DNA of 64,000 nucleotides, taken from a virus. Below the pieces are notes generated by a model. That model made no database searches and was not told where the DNA came from. It worked only from the letters and a program-made list of their open reading frames with translations. Both the position numbers and the translations under genes were made by a program. Location: the IMG/VR virus record IMGVR_UViG_3300045988_112496, positions 1 to 64,000 of that record. The stretch is one strand, 5' to 3'. This document shows, in pieces, positions 8,159 to 16,766 of this stretch (positions are counted from its first letter, which is position 1; each line of letters opens with the position of its first letter).

Positions 8159-8183
8159 TGAGGCCACCATTAATAGGTAGCCT
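8159..8183 (-). terminator. stem-loop after gene 8189..9103
   Basis: GAGGCCACC-attaata-GGTAGCCTC (1 mismatch). The 3' arm carries CCTCAG. Confidence 0.45.
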
Positions 8184-8188
8184 CTAAG

Positions 8189-9103
8189 TTATTTTCGTTT
8201 GTTAAGGAATGATGCAGCAAGGGATGTATCTTCTTCTGCCTCTAGTATTTCATCATCCTCTAAATACCTATCCATCTCTGGGTCATAAGCATCCGTATCA
8301 ATCTTCATTTCAATTTCCCTGCGTAGTTCATGATGTTCTTTAGAGGATACTTCCATTGCAGCTTTGTAATTATCTGTAATCTGATTTAGTTCTTTCTTAT
8401 TAAGATTAAGGCCCTCTTTAGACGTATCTACTCCCTCTTGCTTAGTTGCAACTACTTCGGGCAATGAATTGATATCATATTTGTCCTCTAAGAGTTTTGC
8501 TTCCTCGGTTTTAGTAAGAACCTTTTGAGATTCCAATACAATAGTTCTAGCTTCTTCTATCGAGATAGTATTTTCGGAACCAAGGTTATTCTGTTGATTG
8601 AATTGATTGAAGATATTAGTTGTATTGCCTCCAGTAAGATTACGAATAATAGATTGCAAAGAGGTAGAAGATTCCAACTTAAGTTTCAAGGTCTTATTGA
8701 CTTCTGATGAAATGAAAGGAGTATATTTACCTCCCTGGGAATCCCTTAATATCTGTAATTGATGGGATATTTCCATTCTATCCTCTAAAGCCCATGCTAG
8801 TTGTTCTCCCAGTAACGCATTAAGTAATTCTTCTTGTTTCTCTTTATCCCATATTCTAGAAGACAATAATCTGTCTCTCATGAACACCCGTACATATTCA
8901 ATATCAATTCCTAACCTATTAGAGAATGAATTGATATCATAGGTTATTCCACATAAAACACCATTACCCATTAACCATTGATTAATAAGATAATTCTGTA
9001 CCTTAACCAATGCTTCTTCCTCATGTGTCTTTTGGTACTCTAAAGCCATTGCAGTAGTACCTAATGGACGAGGGAATCTTATTATCTTATCTTCTTTTGC
9101 CAT
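8189..9103 (-). CDS. hypothetical protein (304 aa), acidic C-terminal tail
   Basis: Long minus-strand ORF. No recognisable catalytic motif. Confidence 0.75.
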   Translation of the reverse strand: MAKEDKIIRFPRPLGTTAMALEYQKTHEEEALVKVQNYLINQWLMGNGVLCGITYDINSFSNRLGIDIEYVRVFMRDRLLSSRIWDKEKQEELLNALLGEQLAWALEDRMEISHQLQILRDSQGGKYTPFISSEVNKTLKLKLESSTSLQSIIRNLTGGNTTNIFNQFNQQNNLGSENTISIEEARTIVLESQKVLTKTEEAKLLEDKYDINSLPEVVATKQEGVDTSKEGLNLNKKELNQITDNYKAAMEVSSKEHHELRREIEMKIDTDAYDPEMDRYLEDDEILEAEEDTSLAASFLNKRK

Positions 9104-9362
9104 ATAAATAAGCCTTTCTTATATCTTTAGATTCATCATATCCTACTAACTCTAACTTATAACATACATAGCAATTAATACTAAGGTTATAAAAGTATGC
9201 CTTATAGGTTTTCTTTTTCACTGCCAAATTAAAAGAATCACCAGAGACATAATCCCTGGTGAAAATTAATTTATCACATTTGCCTATCGGAATATCAAGG
9301 CAAAGTTTCCAATCCTGGGCAATAAATTTATTGCCGTGAAGGTCTAGGATTTCCTTTGCCAT
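9087..9362 (-). CDS. hypothetical protein (about 91 aa)
   Basis: The track ORF starts at a GTG (9404). The ATG at 9362 (MAKEILDL...) is preferred because it shortens the overlap with 9328..9747. Confidence 0.5.
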   Translation of the reverse strand: MAKEILDLHGNKFIAQDWKLCLDIPIGKCDKLIFTRDYVSGDSFNLAVKKKTYKAYFYNLSINCYVCYKLELVGYDESKDIRKAYLYGKRR

Positions 9363-9747
9363 GACTTCCCTTTTTATAGGTAGATTGTTTTTTGTCTTGT
9401 TCACTGAGGTATTCCTTCTTCCTTTCTTCGATGAATCTTTGAATATCAGGGAACATTTTAGTTCTCAAAGGTACTACCTGAGTAGCAAAGAACGCATTCC
9501 ATAGGTTCTGTGTAAATGCCTCACCTACCTTGAGATTAGAGATTGCCCAGAATTTACTTTCGAAATTCTTAATGATTTCTCTAAACCTATAATAATATAA
9601 CTTATGAGTCTTAGGATTAATGCCAATGGTAGTAGTTTGGCAATAATCTAGAAACTCTTTGCCCAATTCGGAAATAAACTCTTCCCTTTTAAAATCATAG
9701 TTCTCTTGGTCGAGTTTAAATAACTTTACGTAATCTATTGCTTCCAT
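9328..9747 (-). CDS. hypothetical protein (139 aa)
   Basis: Minus-strand ORF. Confidence 0.65.
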   Translation of the reverse strand: MEAIDYVKLFKLDQENYDFKREEFISELGKEFLDYCQTTTIGINPKTHKLYYYRFREIIKNFESKFWAISNLKVGEAFTQNLWNAFFATQVVPLRTKMFPDIQRFIEERKKEYLSEQDKKQSTYKKGSHGKGNPRPSRQ

Positions 9748-9751
9748 ATAT

Positions 9752-10141
9752 TTAATCCTTAATTGTTTCTAAAGGGTAGGCCTTTAAGGTTACTTTCTTA
9801 GTTGCATCCTGGACCTGAAATAAATACCCTCGATAATTATCCTCATAATATGAGGACCATATTGCTTCCTTTACCCGATACCAATCCAAAGTCTTGGCAC
9901 CTTTGGGGATTCCTGTGATTAACAAGGCATGGTTATTAGTACCCAACCTAATATCAAAAATATCTTTGCCATCGAAATCTCCTATTATTACATAGTCCGG
10001 ATAGGTAGGATATTCTTTTAATTTGGGATAAGGTACACCTAATATATCTACTACGGTTTCGGGTTCTATAGTCTGGCCTTGAAATCTGATGTTTAATTTC
10101 GATTTACCTATATATAGGTCTTTGACTATATTTGTGAACAT
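9752..10141 (-). CDS. hypothetical protein (129 aa)
   Basis: Minus-strand ORF. Confidence 0.65.
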   Translation of the reverse strand: MFTNIVKDLYIGKSKLNIRFQGQTIEPETVVDILGVPYPKLKEYPTYPDYVIIGDFDGKDIFDIRLGTNNHALLITGIPKGAKTLDWYRVKEAIWSSYYEDNYRGYLFQVQDATKKVTLKAYPLETIKD

Positions 10142-10434
10142 AAGTAGACAATTATATGAGTTATACCTTCATCCTTGAAATTATTTAAGTTTGTTGCCTT
10201 TTCCTCAAGCCTTTTTAGGGTTTTTCTAGAATCAGTAGAGATTCTTCTAGTTGGAATCCTAACCAACATAAGGATATTCTCTAGTGCAGGTTGCAAAGCA
10301 TTAACTGGTCCTGCATAAAGTATCTTATGCTTCTTCCCACTAATTACATTATACTGGGTTTTATAAGAGTATTTACCTTTAATGTAAACTACCTCAACCT
10401 TTTTTATTTCTTCTTTTCTTATGTTTCTTACCAT
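10126..10434 (-). CDS. hypothetical basic protein (102 aa)
   Basis: Minus-strand ORF. Confidence 0.55.
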   Translation of the reverse strand: MVRNIRKEEIKKVEVVYIKGKYSYKTQYNVISGKKHKILYAGPVNALQPALENILMLVRIPTRRISTDSRKTLKRLEEKATNLNNFKDEGITHIIVYLCSQI

Positions 10435-10696
10435 AACCGTCTTTATTTATGTAATCTGATATTTCGTCTAATTGTCCCAAGAGTAATGCCTGCACAAATA
10501 TGGGTACAGGCCTGAAAAAGAAATTCCTTATGTTATTAGTATTAATATACCAGTCATATACAATAAAGAACTTCTTAATCTTCCTATGTTTAAGTGAACG
10601 TTGAACTAAGTAGGTTTTAACGCATCTTTTATGCAACTCCACCAACTCCTTGTCCTGCTTTAGCATCTCCTTTGTGGAGAATATAGTGTAATCCAT
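10394..10696 (-). CDS. hypothetical basic protein (100 aa)
   Basis: Minus-strand ORF with a Lys/Arg tail. Confidence 0.55.
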   Translation of the reverse strand: MDYTIFSTKEMLKQDKELVELHKRCVKTYLVQRSLKHRKIKKFFIVYDWYINTNNIRNFFFRPVPIFVQALLLGQLDEISDYINKDGYGKKHKKRRNKKG

Positions 10697-10726
10697 TTTT
10701 ATACCTTTAGAAGGTTAATACAATGA

Positions 10727-10755
10727 GGAAGGTATCTTGGTGTGAGATATCTTCC
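10727..10755 (-). terminator. stem-loop after gene 10768..11274
   Basis: GGAAGGTATCT-tggtgtg-AGATATCTTCC (1 mismatch). Confidence 0.4.
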
Positions 10756-10767
10756 CGGGAGGTTAAA

Positions 10768-11274
10768 TCAAGCAACTTGTTCGGGCTTAAGGACTTTGTT
10801 TTTGAAGTCCTCGTATGCCTTCGCGGCTTTCTTGTATTCTTTGGAGTTTTGGTCCTTGATACGAAACATTTCTCGTTCAAGTCGGTGAAGTTCATTGCGA
10901 GTTTGTTGTCTCCATTTCTTTCGAGCAAGAGTATCGGTAACATCTTCCGGATATACGTATTTTACTTCCCGGTTAGAGATTACTTTTTCGATGATGGAGG
11001 GTTTCTGTTGTTTTTCAACATCCTTTACTACCTCTGCTTTTTTGGAGGATTTCTTTGTGGGTTTTGGTTCCTCTTCTGGTTTAAGTGGAACGAGTTTAGC
11101 ACCTGCAAATTTCTTGGCAGCTTCTTGAGATTCCTCTACCAATTGAGCCTTAGTCTTTTTAGTTCCATTGGCCTTAGTAGTTTTAGACTTGGATGTAGCA
11201 TCCTTAATTCCTTCTAACTGTTGAGCAACTTTGTTACTGATAAGGTTAGCAACCTTGTTTTCATTCTTTTTCAT
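10768..11274 (-). CDS. Lys-rich low-complexity protein (168 aa)
   Basis: ORF downstream of promoter 11325-11355. K/E/A-rich. Shares a 'KY(V/D)YP ... KK(W/Y)R' segment with 13569..14123. Confidence 0.7.
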   Translation of the reverse strand: MKKNENKVANLISNKVAQQLEGIKDATSKSKTTKANGTKKTKAQLVEESQEAAKKFAGAKLVPLKPEEEPKPTKKSSKKAEVVKDVEKQQKPSIIEKVISNREVKYVYPEDVTDTLARKKWRQQTRNELHRLEREMFRIKDQNSKEYKKAAKAYEDFKNKVLKPEQVA

Positions 11275-11324
11275 AACGTCTATATTAAAAATGTTTATAA
11301 ATGAATTAATTTCTTATCACATTG

Positions 11325-11355
11325 CAAATATAAGAATAATATTTTATATAGCAAT
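11325..11355 (-). promoter_or_regulatory. Bacteroidota-type promoter: -33 aTTG, 19-nt spacer, -7 TATATTTG
   Basis: TTATTGCTATATAAAATATTATTCTTATATTTGCAATG. Confidence 0.65.
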
Positions 11356-11387
11356 AAAATAAAAAGAATATTTTTAAATAGCTGAGG

Positions 11388-11939
11388 TTAATCGGCTAAG
11401 AAGTCGAAGATCTCTGGAGCAAAATCTATTTCGTTTTCTGGGTCTGATAAATATTCGTCCAGGTTCTCATTATAATAATCCAGTTCTGATTTGGTCTTTG
11501 GAGCAGGTACAAAAGGTATACATTTTTCTGGGTATCTCTCTGCAAACTTAATAGCATCTTGATAAGTTAGTTTCTTATCAGTATAGAATTTAACCCAGGT
11601 ATGGGAATATCCCACTCCCTTTCTAGTAACTTCGTATTGTTGATATCCAGAATTACTTATTTGATAGATTTGATTCTCTGGTATGATTTCTATTTCTACC
11701 TGATATTCATATATCCTTTTCCCTAATCTATTTGCCATCTCTTGGATTGAATCCGTTAATGACTTAGGCTTATCAGCAAATGAGAAACTGTATTTAGTTT
11801 CTGGTACATCCTTCTTTTTAAACGACGGAGCAGGATTTATCCTGCTTGTATCGGGTGTAGGTTTTGAGCCTATTGCCAATCCAATTAGTATAAATCCTGC
11901 TAACCCTATAATGGGTAATTTTTTAAGACCTGAGTTCAT
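11388..11939 (-). CDS. membrane-anchored hypothetical protein (183 aa)
   Basis: Trimmed to the ATG at 11939 (MNSGLKKLPIIGLAGFILIGLAIG = TM/signal anchor). The longer track ORF would overlap the KTSC gene by 119 nt. Confidence 0.6.
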   Translation of the reverse strand: MNSGLKKLPIIGLAGFILIGLAIGSKPTPDTSRINPAPSFKKKDVPETKYSFSFADKPKSLTDSIQEMANRLGKRIYEYQVEIEIIPENQIYQISNSGYQQYEVTRKGVGYSHTWVKFYTDKKLTYQDAIKFAERYPEKCIPFVPAPKTKSELDYYNENLDEYLSDPENEIDFAPEIFDFLAD

Positions 11940-12189
11940 AGCCTGTAGTTTTAAACTTGTTCCTGATATTAGAAGAAACATATTTACCTTTAGACTCTGC
12001 AAGATGTAATTCATTGCAGATTTCGTGAGGTACACCATCATAACGATAAACTTTGTTGCCTTTAAAGGCTATCCAAAGTTGTTTGTTTTTGGAGTCATAT
12101 CCATATCCTTCAACGTTTGAGGATTCGCAGGGAATCATTTCAACTCCAGTGTTCAATTCTACTGATTCTAAGTATTCGTTCTTGTCCAT
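11923..12189 (-). CDS. KTSC-domain protein (88 aa)
   Basis: Pattern 'SSNVEGYGYDSKNKQLWIAFKGNKVYRYDGVPHEICNELHLAESKGKYVSSNIR' matches the KTSC domain consensus (recalled). Confidence 0.6.
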   Translation of the reverse strand: MDKNEYLESVELNTGVEMIPCESSNVEGYGYDSKNKQLWIAFKGNKVYRYDGVPHEICNELHLAESKGKYVSSNIRNKFKTTGYELRS

Positions 12190-12196
12190 AATTAAA

Positions 12197-12556
12197 TTAA
12201 AGTATTAGTGTAAGTTCAGGATGAAATTTATTAATCTCTTTGTGTAATATTTCCCATGCTTCGTAAACTCCTTGGGATAAATCATATATCCATTCGTCTT
12301 CCATTTTGAAGAGAATATGAGAACAGATATATAATTGGTATTCGTTCAGAGCTTTTATCAGTTGAGGCATTTCGTATATCTCTTGATAAATCTGAATATG
12401 ATGATTGACTGAATCAATCATTTCTTCATTGTTTATCTGTAACAGTTTTCTGAGTAAATCAGGTTCTGTTGTAGTGATATTGTTTTTGATATTAGTTAAT
12501 GCCTCAATTTGAATCTGAGCAATGTTCTTTACTACCTCTTTGGTTTCTGCATCCAT
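12197..12556 (-). CDS. hypothetical protein (119 aa)
   Basis: ORF downstream of the -7 box at 12579-12586. Confidence 0.65.
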   Translation of the reverse strand: MDAETKEVVKNIAQIQIEALTNIKNNITTTEPDLLRKLLQINNEEMIDSVNHHIQIYQEIYEMPQLIKALNEYQLYICSHILFKMEDEWIYDLSQGVYEAWEILHKEINKFHPELTLIL

Positions 12557-12578
12557 TTTAATATTATTTTTCGTTATA

Positions 12579-12610
12579 CAAATATAAGAATTTTATTTTA
12601 ATAAATAACA
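12579..12610 (-). promoter_or_regulatory. -7 box TATATTTG with weak -33 (TGTT)
   Basis: ...AAATTCTTATATTTGTATAACG, 23 nt upstream of the ATG at 12556. Confidence 0.5.
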
Positions 12611-12641
12611 CTCTTTTATTAAATACTGAGGTAGAGGATGT

Positions 12642-13481
12642 CTATCTAGAGATAGCTTCTTCGATTTTCTGTTTGATAGAATCTGGGAATATTACATCTT
12701 TGTACCATCTCATAAAGAACTTCGAAGGTTTTTTATCTGAGTTAAGTAATTGCCGTTGTTCTGCAGAGAACTTTAATCGTTCCTCCTCTAGCATAAATTT
12801 GGGGAACTTTGTGAACTCGGCTTGAGAGAAGGAGATGGTTTTCTTACCAACTGAGGCCCTTAACGGTTTCTTCCTTTCTTTATAAAGGTACGGAACAATT
12901 TTCTTCGATGGTCCACCAAGGATGCTAAAACCGAAGATGACCATTGGGTCAAATTTATCTGCTTTTGGGTCTTTGGCCCGTTTGATACATCTTGCCATCC
13001 AGGAGTACGAATTTGGATATTGCTTATTGTCAGTGGCTTCTCCCACATCCTTACTGTTGAATTCGAATCCGGGAAAGTGAAAAAGAAAGTCCTCTGTAAG
13101 AATAAAGACAAATCCCAATTCCCTTAGATACTTAATAATCTCTTGTTGGCTTTTACCTTCTTCCACCATTTTCTCTACATCTGCCAAGATATCTTCTCGA
13201 GGTGATTCAAGAAGTTGTTTACTACCATTAGAAGGTCTTCCTCTTCCTGCAGATTGTTCCTTGATTGGTAGGTTACCTACTAATTTATCTAAGTAATTCT
13301 TAAAGTTCTCTACATCTTGTTTATTTGTAAGAGTTACTTCAATTCTTAGTGGACCTGTATGTTGTACCTTTGGTCCCGTATTCATTTCTGTATAGGCATC
13401 TACTAATCTATCCTGAATGTAGGAACCATTTTCATCCAGGGTAGTGATACGTAATTTGGGTTTATATGTTTTCTCTTCCAT
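12642..13481 (-). CDS. hypothetical protein (279 aa) with AT-hook-like GRGRP
   Basis: Long ORF with 'SAGRGRPSNGSK'. Confidence 0.75.
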   Translation of the reverse strand: MEEKTYKPKLRITTLDENGSYIQDRLVDAYTEMNTGPKVQHTGPLRIEVTLTNKQDVENFKNYLDKLVGNLPIKEQSAGRGRPSNGSKQLLESPREDILADVEKMVEEGKSQQEIIKYLRELGFVFILTEDFLFHFPGFEFNSKDVGEATDNKQYPNSYSWMARCIKRAKDPKADKFDPMVIFGFSILGGPSKKIVPYLYKERKKPLRASVGKKTISFSQAEFTKFPKFMLEEERLKFSAEQRQLLNSDKKPSKFFMRWYKDVIFPDSIKQKIEEAISR

Positions 13482-13492
13482 AAAATCTGGGT

Positions 13493-13535
13493 ATTAAAAA
13501 GAAAGGCCTGAACAAAAGTGATTTGCCAGGCCTTT
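13493..13535 (-). terminator. intrinsic terminator after the Lys-rich gene
   Basis: AAAGGCCTG...CAGGCCTTT followed on the minus strand by CTTTTTAAT. Confidence 0.75.
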
Positions 13536-13568
13536 ACATCATTAACGAATACTTAATAAGATATGAGA

Positions 13569-14123
13569 TTAATCTTCTTCTTTTTTGGCCTTCTTTTTCT
13601 TGTCTTTCTTTTTGTCGGCCTTTTTATCCTTCTTAGCCGGAGCAGCTTTTTCTGCATCCTCTTTTACTTTCTTAGAAACTTCCTTAGTCTCCTTCTTTTC
13701 CTTAGGAGCTTTACCAGCAGCAAGCTTTCTCTGTTCCATACGATATTTCTTCTTTTCATCGGAAGTCATTTCCCGACCATCAATAAGAGGATAATCATAT
13801 TTGGTAACTCGGCTACCAGCAGATTCTTTCTTTTCCTTTTTCTCTTTCTTCGAAGCCTTTTCTTCTTCAGCTTTCTTTTTCATTTTTACCAATTTGGCTT
13901 CGTTTTTCAAATCCTTTTCTGGATACTGAGCAGCGACTTTGTCTCTTTCCTTGTTGAGCTTATTCAAGAGTTCGGTAACCTTTTTACCATGTTTCTTGTC
14001 CTTTGACCAATCTTTTTGAGGGTCTAAGTTGTTCTCTTTGAGATAAGCATCCAATGCCTTTTTAGCTTTTGAAAGTTCCGGAGTCTTATTAGCCGGTTTG
14101 TCTTTCTTCTTGTCTTTCTTCAT
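13569..14123 (-). CDS. extremely Lys-rich, histone-H1-like low-complexity protein (184 aa)
   Basis: KKDKKKDK... at both termini. Strong terminator at 13493-13535. Confidence 0.7.
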   Translation of the reverse strand: MKKDKKKDKPANKTPELSKAKKALDAYLKENNLDPQKDWSKDKKHGKKVTELLNKLNKERDKVAAQYPEKDLKNEAKLVKMKKKAEEEKASKKEKKEKKESAGSRVTKYDYPLIDGREMTSDEKKKYRMEQRKLAAGKAPKEKKETKEVSKKVKEDAEKAAPAKKDKKADKKKDKKKKAKKEED

Positions 14124-14172
14124 GTTCTAAAATTTTTAAGTGGATTGAAATTTCCTTAGTAATTATCCATAG

Positions 14173-14553
14173 TTATAAAATCCTAATTGAAGTAGGGATT
14201 TCCTTTATTTCTAGGATTTCTATTTTTGCATTTTCGAGAGTGGCCCCAAGTTCTAAGGCATCTTGTATCTCCTGCTCTGTAAGATTAACAAATGTTTGTT
14301 CTGCAAGCATTTCTTTTCCTTCAGAATTAACATATTTAAACTTTACAGTACTGATAGTACCTCTTAACTTTTTATCTAACCGGCTTTTAAAATCATTAAG
14401 CCTACGCTTAAGATATCTTAAATGAATAACATGGGTTTGGTATTTACCAGTTTTATGAGGAGGAGTAACTTTAATCATATACCGAGTATATTCCATATCT
14501 TTAAGTATGGATTGAATACCCTGTAGTATGGTTTTTAAATTCATTTCTTCCAT
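14173..14553 (-). CDS. hypothetical protein (126 aa)
   Basis: Minus-strand ORF. Confidence 0.65.
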   Translation of the reverse strand: MEEMNLKTILQGIQSILKDMEYTRYMIKVTPPHKTGKYQTHVIHLRYLKRRLNDFKSRLDKKLRGTISTVKFKYVNSEGKEMLAEQTFVNLTEQEIQDALELGATLENAKIEILEIKEIPTSIRIL

Positions 14554-14759
14554 GATGGTCTTGGTATTGGTTTATCTTCAGTTGCCATTTCAGTTAACAT
14601 CTCCTTGGCTTCTTTAATTATTAATTCAGAGAGTTCCCTTTCTTGCATTGATAAGGGAGGGTCTATATCTTTATCTTCTAGTGCATTAGTATAACTTTGA
14701 ATAAGATTATCTAATGCAAGGATAGTTATATTCTTTCGAATTTCTCTTTTGTCTTCCAT
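14541..14759 (-). CDS. hypothetical protein (72 aa)
   Basis: Minus-strand ORF. Confidence 0.55.
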   Translation of the reverse strand: MEDKREIRKNITILALDNLIQSYTNALEDKDIDPPLSMQERELSELIIKEAKEMLTEMATEDKPIPRPSWKK

Positions 14760-14766
14760 AACCTGT

Positions 14767-14806
14767 AAAATAAATAAAGCCTACTACCTTCACAGGCAAT
14801 AGGCTT
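14767..14806 (-). terminator. intrinsic terminator after 14884..15267
   Basis: AAGCCTA...TAGGCTT followed on the minus strand by TATTTATTTTAC. Confidence 0.7.
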
Positions 14807-14883
14807 CGGTATAATAAACTATGTAAACTCCTTAAAACATTAGCAAGTGTTCTCGCTAATTTCAAATTTCTGGGATTTGAAGT

Positions 14884-15267
14884 TTAATCTTCGTCTCCGG
14901 CTTCCTCTTCTTCGCCCTTTGCCTTTTTAGACTTAGGACTGCAGATAACACCGTGGCCTTTTTTAGATTTTACGGTTAAGTTACCGGGAACGAATGTAAC
15001 GGATGTAGAAGTAGGTTTGCCGTCAATAACCAGAACCGATGTTACTACTACTCCTTGATAGCCTTCTTTGTTCTTTACGGCATAACCGTAATTCTGAACT
15101 TCGGATTTATCTCCGATTTTGATAACATCGATTTGTTTACTGTTCGGGCGTTGCTCTGCGGGTCTATTTTTTAGAGCCTCCATACGGGCCTTACGTTTTG
15201 CTTCTTTTTCAGCATCTTTTTCTTTGCCACCCTTTTTCTTGGTGTCTTCTTTTTTCTTAGTTGCCAT
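14884..15267 (-). CDS. protein with Lys-rich N-terminus, beta-rich core and acidic tail (127 aa)
   Basis: MATKKKEDTKKKGGKEKDAEKEAKRKAR... ...KGEEEEAGDED. Terminator at 14767-14806. Confidence 0.7.
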   Translation of the reverse strand: MATKKKEDTKKKGGKEKDAEKEAKRKARMEALKNRPAEQRPNSKQIDVIKIGDKSEVQNYGYAVKNKEGYQGVVVTSVLVIDGKPTSTSVTFVPGNLTVKSKKGHGVICSPKSKKAKGEEEEAGDED

Positions 15268-15319
15268 AATCTTTTAAATTTTAGTTTTATTAATAGAACA
15301 ATAGTTATTTCTTAGAATA

Positions 15320-15348
15320 AAGGTGGGCTATTGCTTTAGCCCAACCTT
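15320..15348 (-). terminator. stem-loop after the poly-acidic gene
   Basis: AAGGTGGGCT...AGCCCAACCTT (1 bulge) then TTATTCT on the minus strand. Confidence 0.5.
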
Positions 15349-15365
15349 CATAACCGGAGAATGGA

Positions 15366-15863
15366 TTACTTCTTTCCTTTTTTGCCTTTACCTTTAGCTT
15401 CTTTCTTTGCCGGAAGTTTGAGACCCAATTCTTTGGCAATTGCTTTGCGAAGTTTTTCGATATCATCTTCATCAAAGTCATCCGGGTCTGTTTCAAGGTC
15501 TTTGTCATCGCAAACATCTTCCAGTTCTTCGAAGTCCATTTCAGCAAGAGCTTCACCGGTCAATTCCTCTTCGTCCTCATCCTCATCTTCTTCATCGTCG
15601 TCTTCGTCTTCCTCGTCATCGGAATCATCATCCTCGTCCTCATCGTCTTCGTCTTCCTCGTCCTCATCACCTTCGTCTTCCTCGTCCTCATCTTCTTCCT
15701 CTTCTGAAGCAAAGAATTCTTTGGCTTCTTCGGCAGTCAGCATAATTGGAGCCGGGATAATTTTGATTGAGCCATCCTCGTAAATGATGATGATTGCACC
15801 ATTAATCTCTTTGCGAGATACTTCTTTTAACTCTACCTTTTTGGTTTCTTTTTTCTTAGCCAT
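15366..15863 (-). CDS. poly-acidic protein (165 aa) with a 47-residue Asp/Glu tract and Lys-rich termini
   Basis: The tract EEEEDEDEEDEGDEDEEDEDDEDEDDDSDDEEDEDDDEEDEDEDEEE is 45 D/E out of 47 residues. Hairpin at 15320-15348 lies downstream. Confidence 0.7.
   Translation of the reverse strand: MAKKKETKKVELKEVSRKEINGAIIIIYEDGSIKIIPAPIMLTAEEAKEFFASEEEEDEDEEDEGDEDEEDEDDEDEDDDSDDEEDEDDDEEDEDEDEEELTGEALAEMDFEELEDVCDDKDLETDPDDFDEDDIEKLRKAIAKELGLKLPAKKEAKGKGKKGKK
15555..15712. repeat. cryptic GAN-triplet repeat encoding the poly-Asp/Glu tract
   Basis: Plus strand is (CTC/ATC/GTC/TTC)n with reiterated 'cgtcttcgtcttcctcgtc' blocks. Confidence 0.7.
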
Positions 15864-15901
15864 TTTCGTAAATGTTTAAATGTTAATAATCAATAGTTAT
15901 A

Positions 15902-16141
15902 TCACTCTGTTATAAGTTTCTTGTATTTTCTTTCGCTTCCCGTAAGATAAGCAAATGCAATATTATATTGTTTTACTTCATCAATTACGGTCTTTAGTTC
16001 TTCTTGAGATTCTATCTTTACTTCCTCGGTATTGATAATCTCATCCGTATCATTATGGGTATTAATCTTAAAAGTTTTACCCATAAACGGATTTAATTGT
16101 TTATGTACCTTTACTTCCGGTACTGGGTTTTTAGTTTCCAT
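15902..16141 (-). CDS. hypothetical protein (79 aa)
   Basis: Minus-strand ORF. Confidence 0.55.
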   Translation of the reverse strand: METKNPVPEVKVHKQLNPFMGKTFKINTHNDTDEIINTEEVKIESQEELKTVIDEVKQYNIAFAYLTGSERKYKKLITE

Positions 16142-16766
16142 TGCTGTATTTAATTTTAATTATCCCAGGAATACCAACCTTACCAAATACTTCGGTATAA
16201 GATTTATATTTTGGGTTTTGCATTGTTTTATAGTTATCAGCTAATCTCATGGGAAATACCCAATATTCATTTTCTAGCATCCTGTTAGTCATAATGTAGG
16301 CATATTTACTTCTCATCCTATATTTGCTTACTGGAGTAAACCCTTGAAATCTTAAAGCTTTTACCAGATACCTTTCTTTTGGTTGCCATCCCAAATGATT
16401 TAGGGATTCATTATAAAAGATATCTATCATATCCCTTTGTGCTTTGATAAATAGTACTTTCTGTATAGGTATATCTAACTTCTTTCTTAAATACAAAGCC
16501 AAAGAACATACCAATGGAGGATATTGCAAAGAAAGGATGTTATATTTATGCTTCTCCTCTTGACTCAGCCTGTTGTAAATCCTGTAAGATAGCAGAACGG
16601 ATTTGTATTCTCTTCTTCCGGATATACTTGGAAGATATGCCTTCCCGTTGTCCATACAATTTTTGTGAATATCTTTCATTGAATACCTTCTTTCCTTTTG
16701 ATTTGAAGACCCGGTGCATTTGAACCATAAACCTTCGTCTTCTATGTTTATCAATTTTATATTCAT
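16131..16766 (-). CDS. hypothetical protein (211 aa), overlaps the upstream ORF by 221 nt in the +1 frame
   Basis: Long ORF. The true start is uncertain (internal Met at codons 30 and 38). Confidence 0.55.
   Translation of the reverse strand: MNIKLINIEDEGLWFKCTGSSNQKERRYSMKDIHKNCMDNGKAYLPSISGRREYKSVLLSYRIYNRLSQEEKHKYNILSLQYPPLVCSLALYLRKKLDIPIQKVLFIKAQRDMIDIFYNESLNHLGWQPKERYLVKALRFQGFTPVSKYRMRSKYAYIMTNRMLENEYWVFPMRLADNYKTMQNPKYKSYTEVFGKVGIPGIIKIKYSNGN

Noticed and set aside
10707-11217. ORFs 10707..10943 (-), 10723..11217 (+) and 10895..11128 (+).
   Set aside because: They overlap the Lys-rich gene 10768..11274 and its downstream hairpin, and they are low-complexity shadow frames.
13563-14006. 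Plus-strand ORFs 13563..14006 and 13585..13794 (Phe/Leu/Ser-rich).
   Set aside because: They are antisense shadows of the Lys-rich minus-strand gene (AAG/AAA repeats read as CTT/TTT). They have no promoter or start context.
15361-15783. Plus-strand poly-Ser ORF 15361..15783, 15440..15745, and minus-strand alternate frame 15305..15556.
   Set aside because: They are shadows of the GAN-triplet repeat encoding the poly-acidic protein. Low-complexity repeats keep all frames open.
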